44,999 nt of DNA from positions 1-44,999 of the IMG/VR virus record IMGVR_UViG_3300035321_000146. One strand, written 5' to 3'. This DNA comes from a virus. Taxonomy: Duplodnaviria > Caudoviricetes. The position numbers were made by a program, and so were the translations under genes. The notes under the pieces are model-generated. The model saw only the letters and a program-made list of their open reading frames with translations, ran no database searches and had not been told where the DNA came from. Positions 35,277 to 44,880 of the stretch are shown one piece after another; within the stretch, counting starts at the first letter, position 1; each line of letters starts with the position of its first letter.

Positions 35277-36731
35277 TTACATAAACTCCGCAAACTTATC
35301 ATCTTCGTGCTTTTGTGCTTTGTTGTTAAAATCATCGACTTCAATAATATTTGTATACTCTGCAACCCTACCGTTAGTATCTGTATATACATAGGGCACA
35401 TCAATATTAAAGTCAGAACCGCCTTTTTCAACAACAGGCAATTTTAAATCATAACCTTTTTGTTTTCCAGGTTGTGACTGAATGTATGCTTCGCGATTAT
35501 CTACAAGAGATTTAATTGCGGCTGCAATCATTAGTCCTCGATTAGCACCTGATGTAAAGCGATGATCTTTCCACTCTGTATACTTGCCAGATTTAGTTTT
35601 TTCAGGATATTGTGAACGAATGCCTTTAAGTACGTCTGACCATACCTTACTGCTTGAACTCCAACGTTCACTCATCACTTGTCCGATTTTAATCAGTAAG
35701 TCATCGGTCACTGACTTCTTAGGCATTTGTGTAAACAGTTCAGTCAATCCCCATACTGGCGCATGATCGATTGCAGAGAAGTTCCATGCATTACGTACAC
35801 ACTTTAGAGCCATTTGAAATGCAAAGCGTTGTGAATAACTATCTTTACAGAACTCTTTAAAATGCTTTTGCATATGTGCAGTATGTTTAGATTGTCCAGC
35901 ACCTGGTGTAGCACTTTCAGGCACAAGTGTAATGTTAACATCACTTAGCACTTTCATAAGATTGTATGCTGGCTGATCTTCTAGTTTTACATCCAAGCCT
36001 GCTTGCAACATTGACATTGCACGGTTGTTACGAACTTTAATAAAGTCGTAATCAGTAATAGGCACTACTTCTGCATTACAAGCAAGGAACTGATTAAAGT
36101 CAATGTATGGCATATCTTTCATACTAAAGCCTACAATAAGAGTCTTTACTCCGTGTAGTGCTAGTGCCATTGAACCCTGCATACCATCATTAAGGAACAC
36201 ACGTTCTTCGTCTGAGGCATAACGTCCTTTTGCACCAAACACAAGACTACTATCAAAGTTCATTGCAATCTCAAACATACGCCATAGGTAAATTACTCGT
36301 TGCGCTTTCATGTTCATTGCAACTAGACTTTGGTCTACTGCAAGTCCATTCATAACTGCTTCGTCTAAGTTATATGATTGTAATTGTACACCGTACAGTA
36401 CAGGCTTGCCTGTTTCAGGATCCATAACTGCATGTAGAGCATCAAGTGCCATTTTAAATGCAGTTACAAAGTCTACAGTACCCATAGATTCTAGGTTTAG
36501 AGCACCTTTGCTTACATTTAAATTAGGAATAGTTGCTCGTTTGATCAGCGATAGTTTACGCTGATAGTCTTCAGGCTCTAAAAATTTAATAGGTGTTCGT
36601 TCTTCTTCTGGACCGAAGAAGATTGATAAGTCTTCTCCATAAGCGGATTTGATGCTGTCAGCATATCCGAAGTTGATTGATTTTTTCCAGTTGTCTACAT
36701 AATTGAATAGACTTACGTATGGTTCTTTCAT
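35277..36731 (-). CDS. Large protein with a possible ParB/DUF262/DGQHR-like N-terminal domain
   Basis: KAQR...RVFLNDGMQGSMAL resembles the QR...DGQ(Q/H)R signature; abuts the HNH gene. Confidence 0.5.
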   Translation of the reverse strand: MKEPYVSLFNYVDNWKKSINFGYADSIKSAYGEDLSIFFGPEEERTPIKFLEPEDYQRKLSLIKRATIPNLNVSKGALNLESMGTVDFVTAFKMALDALHAVMDPETGKPVLYGVQLQSYNLDEAVMNGLAVDQSLVAMNMKAQRVIYLWRMFEIAMNFDSSLVFGAKGRYASDEERVFLNDGMQGSMALALHGVKTLIVGFSMKDMPYIDFNQFLACNAEVVPITDYDFIKVRNNRAMSMLQAGLDVKLEDQPAYNLMKVLSDVNITLVPESATPGAGQSKHTAHMQKHFKEFCKDSYSQRFAFQMALKCVRNAWNFSAIDHAPVWGLTELFTQMPKKSVTDDLLIKIGQVMSERWSSSSKVWSDVLKGIRSQYPEKTKSGKYTEWKDHRFTSGANRGLMIAAAIKSLVDNREAYIQSQPGKQKGYDLKLPVVEKGGSDFNIDVPYVYTDTNGRVAEYTNIIEVDDFNNKAQKHEDDKFAEFM

Positions 36732-36829
36732 TGTTGTCTCCTCAGACTGTTTAAATTATCGGAACGTTTCTGTGTTCCATATCATACAACAGGCTCATCA
36801 CTATTGACTTTTTGCCTTATTGTTCTTAT

Positions 36830-36858
36830 AGTATAGTATCTTTTTTATAAGTTGTCAA
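36830..36858 (-). promoter_or_regulatory. sigma70 promoter TTGACA-N17-TATACT
   Basis: Near-consensus. Confidence 0.7.
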
Positions 36859-37901
36859 CTAAAAAGTTGTCCAAAAGTATTATCGGCTTGTGCCATTGCA
36901 CCGTAGTCGGTTGCTTCATGTACTTCACGTGGTACAAACAAGCGATCCATGTACTTTTTAATTTGTCGATGTTTCATACCTATGTCTTTGCCAAACCAAA
37001 GTCCCCGTTGATCTTTGTTAGCAGGACGTCTGATTGCACTTACACAAACATAATCATATTGTGCCATGTAGTCATACAAGTCTTGCGGATCATAACCAAA
37101 CAAATTACATTGCTTTGGAACAATTTCAACCTGTACGCTAGGACGACACCGTTCGATTGTGTCTTTTGCTCCTTGCATAACTAATAGTTCACTGCCTTCA
37201 ACATCAATTTTTATGCAGTCTACATCTTCAAAATTATAACTGTCAATTGTACGTGCTGGCACTGGCACTAAGTTTTGACTAGGCCGCAGTGTATAGTTTT
37301 CACTGTCTAACACAACATGATTATGTCCACCGTGATCTGTATGATCTAGTATATCAATTGTACCTTCGTTACGATTAGTAGCGGCTACTTCGTGTACAGT
37401 TATGTTTGCAACTATATCCATAGATTGATGTATACCTTTGTATGTATACCAACCTGATACTGCATTTTCGTCACGATACATGTCGCCTTCTACATCAGTG
37501 CCTTTCCAATACACACCTTTGAGCTTTTGTTGCTGTGCGATAGCAATATTTGCTTTAAGCATTTTTAATGTAGTAGGTGTAGGTTCAAACGATTCTACAT
37601 GCTCTGCCCATTCACTATAGGCAATTGTGTTATTACCTACATTTGCACCAACGTCTACAATACGTTTTGCATTAGGATAGATTGTTCTAATAAGTCTTGA
37701 ATTGTTTCCTTGATAATAAACATTGTTGCCACTAAACCGTGGACCTTGTAAATTATCATGTGCTAATAACCAATAGCATCTGCCAAACTTGTTCACAACA
37801 AGTCTAAATAGTGGATCATTATATAATCCACTTGCTTCGTCAAATCCAAAATTTTCTGTAAATTGTTCTGCTGATATTTCAGCTGTAATCTTTTGCGGCA
37901 T
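36855..37901 (-). CDS. FkbM-family SAM-dependent methyltransferase
   Basis: VDVGANVG, SFEP and IKIDVEGSELLVMQGA motifs. Confidence 0.88.
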   Translation of the reverse strand: MPQKITAEISAEQFTENFGFDEASGLYNDPLFRLVVNKFGRCYWLLAHDNLQGPRFSGNNVYYQGNNSRLIRTIYPNAKRIVDVGANVGNNTIAYSEWAEHVESFEPTPTTLKMLKANIAIAQQQKLKGVYWKGTDVEGDMYRDENAVSGWYTYKGIHQSMDIVANITVHEVAATNRNEGTIDILDHTDHGGHNHVVLDSENYTLRPSQNLVPVPARTIDSYNFEDVDCIKIDVEGSELLVMQGAKDTIERCRPSVQVEIVPKQCNLFGYDPQDLYDYMAQYDYVCVSAIRRPANKDQRGLWFGKDIGMKHRQIKKYMDRLFVPREVHEATDYGAMAQADNTFGQLFS

Positions 37902-37932
37902 GTTAATTCCTCCTTAACCAATTTTCGCTATA

Positions 37933-38367
37933 TTATATATGTCGAGTCCACTTCTTGTGACCTAACTTGTGGAGTTCAGCCCAACGGATAAACAGTCCAA
38001 GCTCACGACCGTGTGCTTCTATTTCCCACGGACAGTCCCAATAATCAGTTTTTGTATAAAAATCATTCTTCCAACAATTGGCATAGTCTACGTGTAATTC
38101 ATCACGGGCATACTGCTTTACATGTACCATTTCATGTGCGACAGTTTCTAATAGACGGCGCAAACGTAATGTTCTGTCCACCTCTATTTCGAATGTGCGT
38201 TTATCTTCTGCAAGACAATAACCTAACGCTCCTTTAGGACTACATAACTTTACAGTTATGTCAAGCGTTTTCATTCTTGGCATTAGCATCTTAATACAAA
38301 ATTGTACCATAGATTCAACATACCGATTTTGTCTAGGCTTGCCGCCAGTAACTGTAATAATGTTCAT
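37933..38367 (-). CDS. HEXXH zinc metallopeptidase-like phage protein
   Basis: TVAHEMVHVKQY...PWEIEA. Confidence 0.8.
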   Translation of the reverse strand: MNIITVTGGKPRQNRYVESMVQFCIKMLMPRMKTLDITVKLCSPKGALGYCLAEDKRTFEIEVDRTLRLRRLLETVAHEMVHVKQYARDELHVDYANCWKNDFYTKTDYWDCPWEIEAHGRELGLFIRWAELHKLGHKKWTRHI

Positions 38368-38373
38368 GCTACT

Positions 38374-38401
38374 AGTATAGCATCTACATTATTTTTGTCA
38401 A
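38374..38401 (-). promoter_or_regulatory. sigma70 promoter TTGACA-N16-TATACT
   Basis: Near-consensus; ATG 6 nt downstream. Confidence 0.6.
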
Positions 38402-38410
38402 GTTCTTTGG

Positions 38411-38626
38411 TTAAAGTCTAAAAGTTATTCGACCTTTATCTAGATCGTATGGAGTCATTTCAATTTTTACTCTGTCTCCGGCTACAAGTCTAATTCTAAA
38501 CCTGCGCATTTTTCCACCTGTATAACAAGTAACTATGTGTGAATTCTCTAATTTCACCTTAAACATTTGATTGGGCAGTACATCTATTATCTCCCCTTCA
38601 AATTCGAGTATTCCTTCTTTACTCAT
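38411..38626 (-). CDS. infA: Translation initiation factor IF-1
   Basis: [12 protein letters not shown]...[33 protein letters not shown]. Confidence 0.95.
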   Translation of the reverse strand: MSKEGILEFEGEIIDVLPNQMFKVKLENSHIVTCYTGGKMRRFRIRLVAGDRVKIEMTPYDLDKGRITFRL

Positions 38627-38816
38627 TTTTCTCCTTTTTTTCTAATTCATCTAAATCTTCTATAATCAATGAACCTCTATCGCCGACAGATAGGCGTATG
38701 CGAGTTCCTTCGCCCCATCCTTTTTCATCCATAATTTCTTGAGGAATAGTCAGTAACATTTCATCCGGATTGTCCGGGTCTATTGAAAATAAATCTTCGT
38801 ATTTGTATTCTTTCAT
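38619..38816 (-). CDS. AbrB/MazE/SpoVT-like DNA-binding protein
   Basis: [21 protein letters not shown] motif. Confidence 0.7.
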   Translation of the reverse strand: MKEYKYEDLFSIDPDNPDEMLLTIPQEIMDEKGWGEGTRIRLSVGDRGSLIIEDLDELEKKEKNE

Positions 38817-38845
38817 CTCTTTTATTTACCTTATATAAATACTAT

Positions 38846-39262
38846 ATGCAGGACGCTTATACTAGCGCATTTTATGGCGTTGTTAAAGATACGCAAAAGC
38901 AAACTGGCTACGAGTTACCACATTACCTCGAAGCGTATATAGTTATGCTTCTAGCTTCCTACGTAAAAAATCCTAACTTTGAACCTAACAATTCATTTGC
39001 AGAATCTTACCTTCAAATAGATAGCGTCCGTGATGCAAAAAAACTAGGTGATACATGTTTATTTGTATCTGGAGTCTTTCCGTCTTATGGAGAACGAAAG
39101 GGGTTAAGTCGCAAATATTACAAAGACATAGGACGTAGTTCGTATGCATCAATGCATGGTGAGATCTTTGTAGAGCTCACTACACATTTTGATTTACTTA
39201 GTGATTTTATTGAACTAAGTTCTACGCCGCCCAAATCGCCGCAGAGTAACCTTTTCCGTTAG
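38846..39262 (+). CDS. Conserved-looking helical hypothetical protein
   Basis: Start at ATG 38846, 4 nt after TATAAATA; LGDTCLFVSGVFP motif. Confidence 0.7.
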   Translation: MQDAYTSAFYGVVKDTQKQTGYELPHYLEAYIVMLLASYVKNPNFEPNNSFAESYLQIDSVRDAKKLGDTCLFVSGVFPSYGERKGLSRKYYKDIGRSSYASMHGEIFVELTTHFDLLSDFIELSSTPPKSPQSNLFR

Positions 39263-39950
39263 TATCGCCTCCATTGTTTTCTACTTCAACACCATCGTAC
39301 TCGATTGATGTAATAGTGTCTTCACCGTTCATATATTCTGTAGTATAAACTTTAATTTTCTTAACGTCAAACTCACCAACAGTTTCAATAATACCTTCGA
39401 AAAAACAACCTTTTTCGCTTGAGTACAACTGTGCAATATATTCTGTGCCGTCTGGTGCTTCGTCTTCACAACTCATACTAATCGGTTCAAGTTCATAATC
39501 ACTTGCTTCATCAAGTTCGTTTAGCATATCTTGCAAGTTCTCACCTTCGATAACATCAGCAATATGATTTGACATATAATCGTCTGAATCAACTTCGTCC
39601 ACTACTAAGTATGCACTACCCAATTCTACACCCATTGTGTGTTCAAACTCTGTGTGAGACTCGTACCAAGGACGCTTGTACATATCGTCATCTGGATCAT
39701 TTAGAAACTGTGCTTCTGGTGGAACACTTTTAATGTTGTCGTATTCCGGTTTGTCATCTTCGTCACAGTTCATATATTGAACCATATCGTAATCACCATG
39801 TTCTTCACAGATAGGCTTCCAAAAGTCATGAGCTTCTTTACTAACGCTCATGTATGCACTTTCACCGCCGTATCCATTTAGTTGAATACGGTAAAAACGT
39901 GGACCTTTAAGTGTTTCTACTAGTTCTGTTTTTTCTTCACTTGTTGCCAT
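39222..39950 (-). CDS. Hypothetical highly acidic protein
   Basis: ORF track; start at MATSEEK. Confidence 0.75.
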   Translation of the reverse strand: MATSEEKTELVETLKGPRFYRIQLNGYGGESAYMSVSKEAHDFWKPICEEHGDYDMVQYMNCDEDDKPEYDNIKSVPPEAQFLNDPDDDMYKRPWYESHTEFEHTMGVELGSAYLVVDEVDSDDYMSNHIADVIEGENLQDMLNELDEASDYELEPISMSCEDEAPDGTEYIAQLYSSEKGCFFEGIIETVGEFDVKKIKVYTTEYMNGEDTITSIEYDGVEVENNGGDTNGKGYSAAIWAA

Positions 39951-40167
39951 TTTTCCATTCATCCATTTCAGTTTTGATATCAGTAATTTTATCTGCTGCA
40001 ATTCCTGCTGCTAACGACTGTACTTGTTCTAATAAATGTTTACACGTTGCATAGTCATATTCTTTGTAACTGATTTCTGCAAATTCATTTCTAATCCTAT
40101 GTGCTTGTATGCATAAGTCCTTCATTGCATTAATCCGTTTAATCCATTCCTCTATAGGGTGTTGCAT
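39937..40167 (-). CDS. Hypothetical protein
   Basis: AAGGAG Shine-Dalgarno; TTGACT-N17-TATAGT promoter at 40217-40189. Confidence 0.7.
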   Translation of the reverse strand: MQHPIEEWIKRINAMKDLCIQAHRIRNEFAEISYKEYDYATCKHLLEQVQSLAAGIAADKITDIKTEMDEWKNGNK

Positions 40168-40285
40168 TAAAAACTCCTTGTACTACTTACTATATAATAG
40201 ATTTGCATAGAAGTCAACCATTAAATTGGTGTATTATGACTAAATATATATAGCAAAGCGTGAGGGCGCTTTTTTTGGAGCAGGA

Positions 40286-40564
40286 ATGGATTTTTTATCA
40301 CTCGTATCTGATGTCGGCTTTCCAATTGCAGCAGCTGGTGCAGCTGGCGGTTTTGTTTATCTAACACTGAAGTTTATTTTAGCAGGAGTTACATCTAGTG
40401 TGACTACACTGAAAAACATCATCGGACAATTAGACAACCGTGTACAAACTATGAACAATGATCTTGTCAAAATAGATGCATTACTAAGTTATGCATTAAA
40501 TGTAAGACCAAACGTTGATAGAATTGCTGCTAATGAGGGCAAAGAAGATGCAAGGAGAGACTAA
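40286..40564 (+). CDS. YvrJ/holin-like single-TM coiled-coil protein
   Basis: VSDVGFPIAAA N-terminal TM followed by a coiled coil. Confidence 0.6.
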   Translation: MDFLSLVSDVGFPIAAAGAAGGFVYLTLKFILAGVTSSVTTLKNIIGQLDNRVQTMNNDLVKIDALLSYALNVRPNVDRIAANEGKEDARRD

Positions 40565-40566
40565 AA

Positions 40567-40800
40567 ATGATGTGGATGGATTATGTAATTAATTCTTTAC
40601 CTTTTGGAAGAGGTTTTAAGATCCTCGGCGATTGGGAAGGAGAAGTAATGGGTGTAGATAAAGAAGGAAACACTAAAGACAGCTTCTTATATAAACCAGG
40701 TGATGTGTTTGTTGTAGATGAAGCAGGTTGGTTAATTAAATCAGATCATTTGTCAGCCCTCATGATGAAATATGAGGATAAGAAGAATGGAAACACTTGA
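40567..40800 (+). CDS. Hypothetical protein
   Basis: ORF track; AGGAG Shine-Dalgarno. Confidence 0.65.
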   Translation: MMWMDYVINSLPFGRGFKILGDWEGEVMGVDKEGNTKDSFLYKPGDVFVVDEAGWLIKSDHLSALMMKYEDKKNGNT

Positions 40801-41116
40801 TTTAGGTAAGATAGTTGCAGAGTATGGATTTCCTATTATTGCTACATTCGGAATGGGCTATTTCATATTCTTTATATGGAAATGGGTTACTAATGAAATT
40901 GACGTAGTTATTGGTGAAGCAATGGGTACACTAATTAAACTTGTTGATCGTGTTCGTATGCTAGATAATGATCTTATCCGACTTAATAGTAAACTTAGTA
41001 TGGTGCTAGAGTATCGTGCGAAACTTAATCCTCAAAGACAAGACGAATTACAAAGGTTAGTTGATGAATACAAACACAGTTCCGCTGACAAAACCACCAC
41101 AAACAAAAAAGTGTAA
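40787..41116 (+). CDS. YvrJ/holin-like protein, paralogue of 40286..40564
   Basis: AEYGFPIIA...LVDRVRMLDNDLIRL versus VGFPIAA...LDNRVQTMNNDLVKI. Confidence 0.6.
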   Translation: METLDLGKIVAEYGFPIIATFGMGYFIFFIWKWVTNEIDVVIGEAMGTLIKLVDRVRMLDNDLIRLNSKLSMVLEYRAKLNPQRQDELQRLVDEYKHSSADKTTTNKKV

Positions 41117-41210
41117 AAATTGTGGTCACGACTGCCATTGTTACAAGGTAGATTGTTCCCAATGCATCAATGATGTTTGTGTAAAGTGTGACTGTGTAAC
41201 TACTTCTTGA
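41064..41210 (+). CDS. Cys-rich metallothionein-like peptide, 48 aa; not in the ORF track
   Basis: MNTNTVPLTKPPQTKKCKNCGHDCHCYKVDCSQCINDVCVKCDCVTTS: 9 Cys and 2 His; AAAGG upstream. Confidence 0.6.
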   Translation: MNTNTVPLTKPPQTKKCKNCGHDCHCYKVDCSQCINDVCVKCDCVTTS

Positions 41211-41406
41211 GACCTAATAGTTTTGCTTTTAAATCGTCTGCTTCAGTACGCACAGGTTTTTGCTCTATTTTATGTTGAACTTTTACCTTGTTTGGCTGTA
41301 CAAAACCATTTTGCATAAAGGCAATTCTATCTTTTAAATTTTCTACTTTTTCTTCTAAAGTAAGTTCACTAAAATTTCTATTTTGATGTCGCAATAAAAA
41401 TTCCAT
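41200..41406 (-). CDS. Hypothetical protein
   Basis: ORF track. Confidence 0.6.
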   Translation of the reverse strand: MEFLLRHQNRNFSELTLEEKVENLKDRIAFMQNGFVQPNKVKVQHKIEQKPVRTEADDLKAKLLGLKK

Positions 41407-43432
41407 TCCAGTCCGAAGGTAAGTCCTGTGTTTTCATATACTCACAGCGTTCAATCCACATATCGTAGTAGCCTTCCATCTTGTGGTCAAAGTGTGTATA
41501 CAACATACGACACTTGTCTATAGCATCATCAAAACGCTGCTCACGATAATCTAGGTGCATTTGCTCGTGTTTACGTTGAGCCGCTTTCCATGCAGGGCCA
41601 GTATTATCCAGTACTGTATAAATTGTAAGTCCGACACTTTTACCTTTAACTTGTAAATCGTCTACTTTGAGATAGAAGAAGTCTTCCTTTGTTGCTCTGT
41701 ATGTTGATTCTCCAACAAGTAATACACATCCGTATTCTTTACACTTGCTTTCAATACGAGCTGCTGTACTGACCGAGTCTCCGAGGACGTCATAACTGTG
41801 TCTTGCTGTACTGCCCATCTCGCCAAGATAACCAAGACCAGTATTAATGCCGGCACCCATACCCACAGCTGGCCTACCTTCGCTAGTAATTTTTTCATTA
41901 AATATCTCCACTGCTTTCAACATATCTAATCCACATTGTACTGCTGTACGAGGGTGATGTGGATCTTCTATAGGTGCATTGTGTATGTGCATACTTGCAT
42001 CGCCAATATATTTAATGACCATGCCGTCTGCATCTAGTATTGGTTGCGTAATAGCATCCATGTAGCCATTCATTATTTTTGTAAGGCCTTTTACATCATC
42101 GCCAAATGATTCACCTAATGGTGTAAAGCCTCTTAGGTCTGAAAAGCAAATACTTACTTCTCTCTTCATACCCTCTTTAATAAGCGCAGGATTTTCTTGT
42201 AGCATACGTACAACTGTCGGAGATGCATAGCCTGCGAACTGTTTCTTTATTGCTTGCTTCTGGAAGTATTCTGAAACAAAACGGTTGAACACTGCATGTA
42301 ATCCTACTATAACTACTGTAATTACTGGCATAGTTACATCAAGCAAATAAAGGTACTCTTGCCAAGCATATAACGCTCCGTAAGTAAGGCCACTACCAAA
42401 TAGCAGTATTGACCCACCTACTACATAGTAAGGAGTAAAACGTGCCAGCAGCACTAAGAGTAAACCTAGCACTGCTGTCAACGTTAATTCGGCAAGTAAC
42501 GCCCAATAAGGACGTTCGATTTGATCTCCGTCAAGCACTGTTTGTAGTGTGACTGCCGCAGGCATAAAGTTTGGCTGCGGTCCTGAAGGACTAGCTATCA
42601 TGCCTCCTAATCCCTCTGCGGTTGCTCCTAGTATAACAGTTTTATCTGCTAACATATAAAAGAATTCTTCGTCAGCTATGCTGATTGTTTCGAATTGTTT
42701 ATTCCAACGCAACCAAATTTGGCCGTTTGGATCTGTTTTTACAATAGGATAACCTGGTACACGCACTGCTTCAATTCCACCTTGGTTAGCCTTAACTTGA
42801 TAAGATGGTTGACCTGTAGCAACTCGTATAACCTCCACTGCTAATGCAGGATACGTATCCTCCCCGATACGCATAAGGAGCGGTATTCTTCTAACTACAC
42901 CATCAATTTCAGGAAAAGTATTTAATACCCCTACGCCATCAGCGTTAGCTCCTAGCAACGGAATTGGTCCTAACATCCCCGGCCATTCAAACATAAATGG
43001 CAAAGGATCTCCAATCTTCGCAACGCCTCGTGGGACCGCATTACGATTGGCTGATGTTGTTGTACCTGTTTGTGATATAACAACACCGTTCCCTGCAAGT
43101 GCTTCGGCTAAAACCATGTCGCCGCCTAGGCGATCTGTTTCTGACATTAGAATAGGTATCACAATGACACCTGCACCTGCTTCTCGAAGTTTCCAGATTA
43201 TATCTGCGATAACATCTCGCTTCCAAGGCCATTGTCCATACATTTCAATGGCTGTTTCGTCGATAGCGACTACTGCAATATCTCGGGATTGTATCGGTTG
43301 ATCAGTTTGTTGTAGTAGATCAAATTGCTTCAACCGAGCTGTCTGGACAATTGTGCTATCCCCGTAGTGTATGCTTAACATTACTACGGCCGTAATTAAG
43401 GCGATTGTCCAATGTGTGATCCACTTTGTCAT
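41378..43432 (-). CDS. CHASE2-domain membrane class III adenylate/guanylate cyclase
   Basis: IDE...GQWPWKR and DGVVRR (CHASE2); three TM helices; FSDLRGFT, KYIGDA, GINTG and GDSV..AARIE. Confidence 0.92.
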   Translation of the reverse strand: MTKWITHWTIALITAVVMLSIHYGDSTIVQTARLKQFDLLQQTDQPIQSRDIAVVAIDETAIEMYGQWPWKRDVIADIIWKLREAGAGVIVIPILMSETDRLGGDMVLAEALAGNGVVISQTGTTTSANRNAVPRGVAKIGDPLPFMFEWPGMLGPIPLLGANADGVGVLNTFPEIDGVVRRIPLLMRIGEDTYPALAVEVIRVATGQPSYQVKANQGGIEAVRVPGYPIVKTDPNGQIWLRWNKQFETISIADEEFFYMLADKTVILGATAEGLGGMIASPSGPQPNFMPAAVTLQTVLDGDQIERPYWALLAELTLTAVLGLLLVLLARFTPYYVVGGSILLFGSGLTYGALYAWQEYLYLLDVTMPVITVVIVGLHAVFNRFVSEYFQKQAIKKQFAGYASPTVVRMLQENPALIKEGMKREVSICFSDLRGFTPLGESFGDDVKGLTKIMNGYMDAITQPILDADGMVIKYIGDASMHIHNAPIEDPHHPRTAVQCGLDMLKAVEIFNEKITSEGRPAVGMGAGINTGLGYLGEMGSTARHSYDVLGDSVSTAARIESKCKEYGCVLLVGESTYRATKEDFFYLKVDDLQVKGKSVGLTIYTVLDNTGPAWKAAQRKHEQMHLDYREQRFDDAIDKCRMLYTHFDHKMEGYYDMWIERCEYMKTQDLPSDWNGIFIATSK

Positions 43433-43442
43433 AACGTATTTA

Positions 43443-43661
43443 TTAATGATCGTATATGTAATTACCGTCTTGAACCTTTACAGGCTTACAATATGCTGTT
43501 ATTCTATGCTCTGCCGGTATTAGATACTTTGATCCGTAGTTTCCGTACTGTCTTGGTATGCGTTTAGCATAGTATTGACACACATCAATACTTCTAAAGT
43601 ACATAGGTGAAGGTTGTATGTCTCCACCAATTAATACTACTAGCATAAATGCATGTATCAT
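43443..43661 (-). CDS. Hypothetical small protein
   Basis: ORF track; ATGA coupling. Confidence 0.65.
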   Translation of the reverse strand: MIHAFMLVVLIGGDIQPSPMYFRSIDVCQYYAKRIPRQYGNYGSKYLIPAEHRITAYCKPVKVQDGNYIYDH

Positions 43662-43879
43662 TTGTCTGGATCTCTTTGATGCTGTTTAAATTTTATTTGT
43701 TGGCGCTGTTCAAGTTGAGCTTTAAACATTTGTTGTACTTCAGGTGCATTGCCAGTTGCTGATAAAAATTGTAATATGCCACTCCAACTGTTGCCCATAA
43801 AAAGTATTTTATTATCTTTATATAATATACCTTTGTTGTTTAGATTGTTGTATACAAAATTTTTATAAACATACTTCAA
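43658..43879 (-). CDS. Hypothetical protein
   Basis: ORF track; TTG start. Confidence 0.55.
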   Translation of the reverse strand: MKYVYKNFVYNNLNNKGILYKDNKILFMGNSWSGILQFLSATGNAPEVQQMFKAQLEQRQQIKFKQHQRDPDK

Positions 43880-43880
43880 C

Positions 43881-44363
43881 TTAAATCATTCCTTTTGCCT
43901 TTAGAATAAAGTAAAATAACCCTCCGACCATACAAACTAATGCTCCTAGTAGTAAAAAGATAGCAACACCGTTTATTAATGCTTGCTTTGCTTCTGCTTG
44001 TCTGTATACTTCTCGTTCACGTTGAGCTCTAATTTTACGTTGCATTTCTTTTAGTTCTTCCCATGTACCAAAGCCAAATCGAAAGTTAAGTAACTCACGG
44101 AGTTCTTTTTCCATCTCCATTATTTTCTTTTCGTGTATAAGGAGATTGAGTGCTTCTTCTTCAACTGAACCTGCGGCTAGTAGTTTTCTAAATATAGGAG
44201 GTTTCTTTTGCATCTGCTGACCTTTGCGGAAATCAGATACAGCACCATACCATTTGGACATTTGTCCCATGCAGTTTTCAAATTCTTGACCAGCATGTAC
44301 AAACTTTTTAACTGTGTTGAATGCTGTTGTTGCCGCGGCTACGGCGGTGAACGGATCAATCAT
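43881..44363 (-). CDS. Hypothetical coiled-coil protein with C-terminal TM helix
   Basis: ORF track. Confidence 0.7.
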   Translation of the reverse strand: MIDPFTAVAAATTAFNTVKKFVHAGQEFENCMGQMSKWYGAVSDFRKGQQMQKKPPIFRKLLAAGSVEEEALNLLIHEKKIMEMEKELRELLNFRFGFGTWEELKEMQRKIRAQREREVYRQAEAKQALINGVAIFLLLGALVCMVGGLFYFILKAKGMI

Positions 44364-44405
44364 AACGCCCTACTTTCTGACAGTATTGCCCTCTGTCAAA
44401 AGTAT

Positions 44406-44504
44406 TTATGATATAAAAAGTATAACTGTAGCGCCGCCAATTGCAGTAAGTATCACACCAAGCCAAATATACTGCATTACTGTTGTATCTCTGTGACTCC
44501 ACAT
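44406..44504 (-). CDS. Small TM peptide, 32 aa (MWSHRDTTVMQYIWLGVILTAIGGATVILFIS)
   Basis: Hand-translated; follows the upstream stop directly. Confidence 0.45.
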   Translation of the reverse strand: MWSHRDTTVMQYIWLGVILTAIGGATVILFIS

Positions 44505-44873
44505 TTAATTTACCCTAAACAAAAACTCCAGTCCTATCACTATTCCGTCGCCCAAACCTGTTGCAGTTTTTTCGTAACTAGGTGCTACAAAGTATGTTAT
44601 ATTATTTGTGTTAAAATATGCCCTGCTGTACGGAACAACATCCGTACCTAATGTATCATACCCGGAGACTACACCTACTTCTACACCTATGTTAAAGTAA
44701 TCAGGTCCTACTTCCCAATAACGTCCACCATAAAAACTTGTGTTGTCTTCACTATTATGATATACTCCTGCAACATACTTTTCTGTTTCTAGTCTAGCAT
44801 GAGGGTGAACTTCTTGATACGGATTTTGAAAATTTAAATGCGATGAAAGTGCTATGCCTAATAATAAGTCCAT
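44505..44873 (-). CDS. Small outer-membrane beta-barrel-like protein (PagP-like pattern)
   Basis: GVYHNSEDNTSFYGG...GVEVGVVSGY with alternating beta strands. Confidence 0.5.
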   Translation of the reverse strand: MDLLLGIALSSHLNFQNPYQEVHPHARLETEKYVAGVYHNSEDNTSFYGGRYWEVGPDYFNIGVEVGVVSGYDTLGTDVVPYSRAYFNTNNITYFVAPSYEKTATGLGDGIVIGLEFLFRVN

Positions 44874-44880
44874 ACTGTAT

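Noticed and set aside
36735-36825. Two hairpins in the 5' UTR of the ParB-like gene, considered as a c-di-GMP or other riboswitch
   Set aside because: Lacks recognisable GEMM core nucleotides and shows no clear expression platform.
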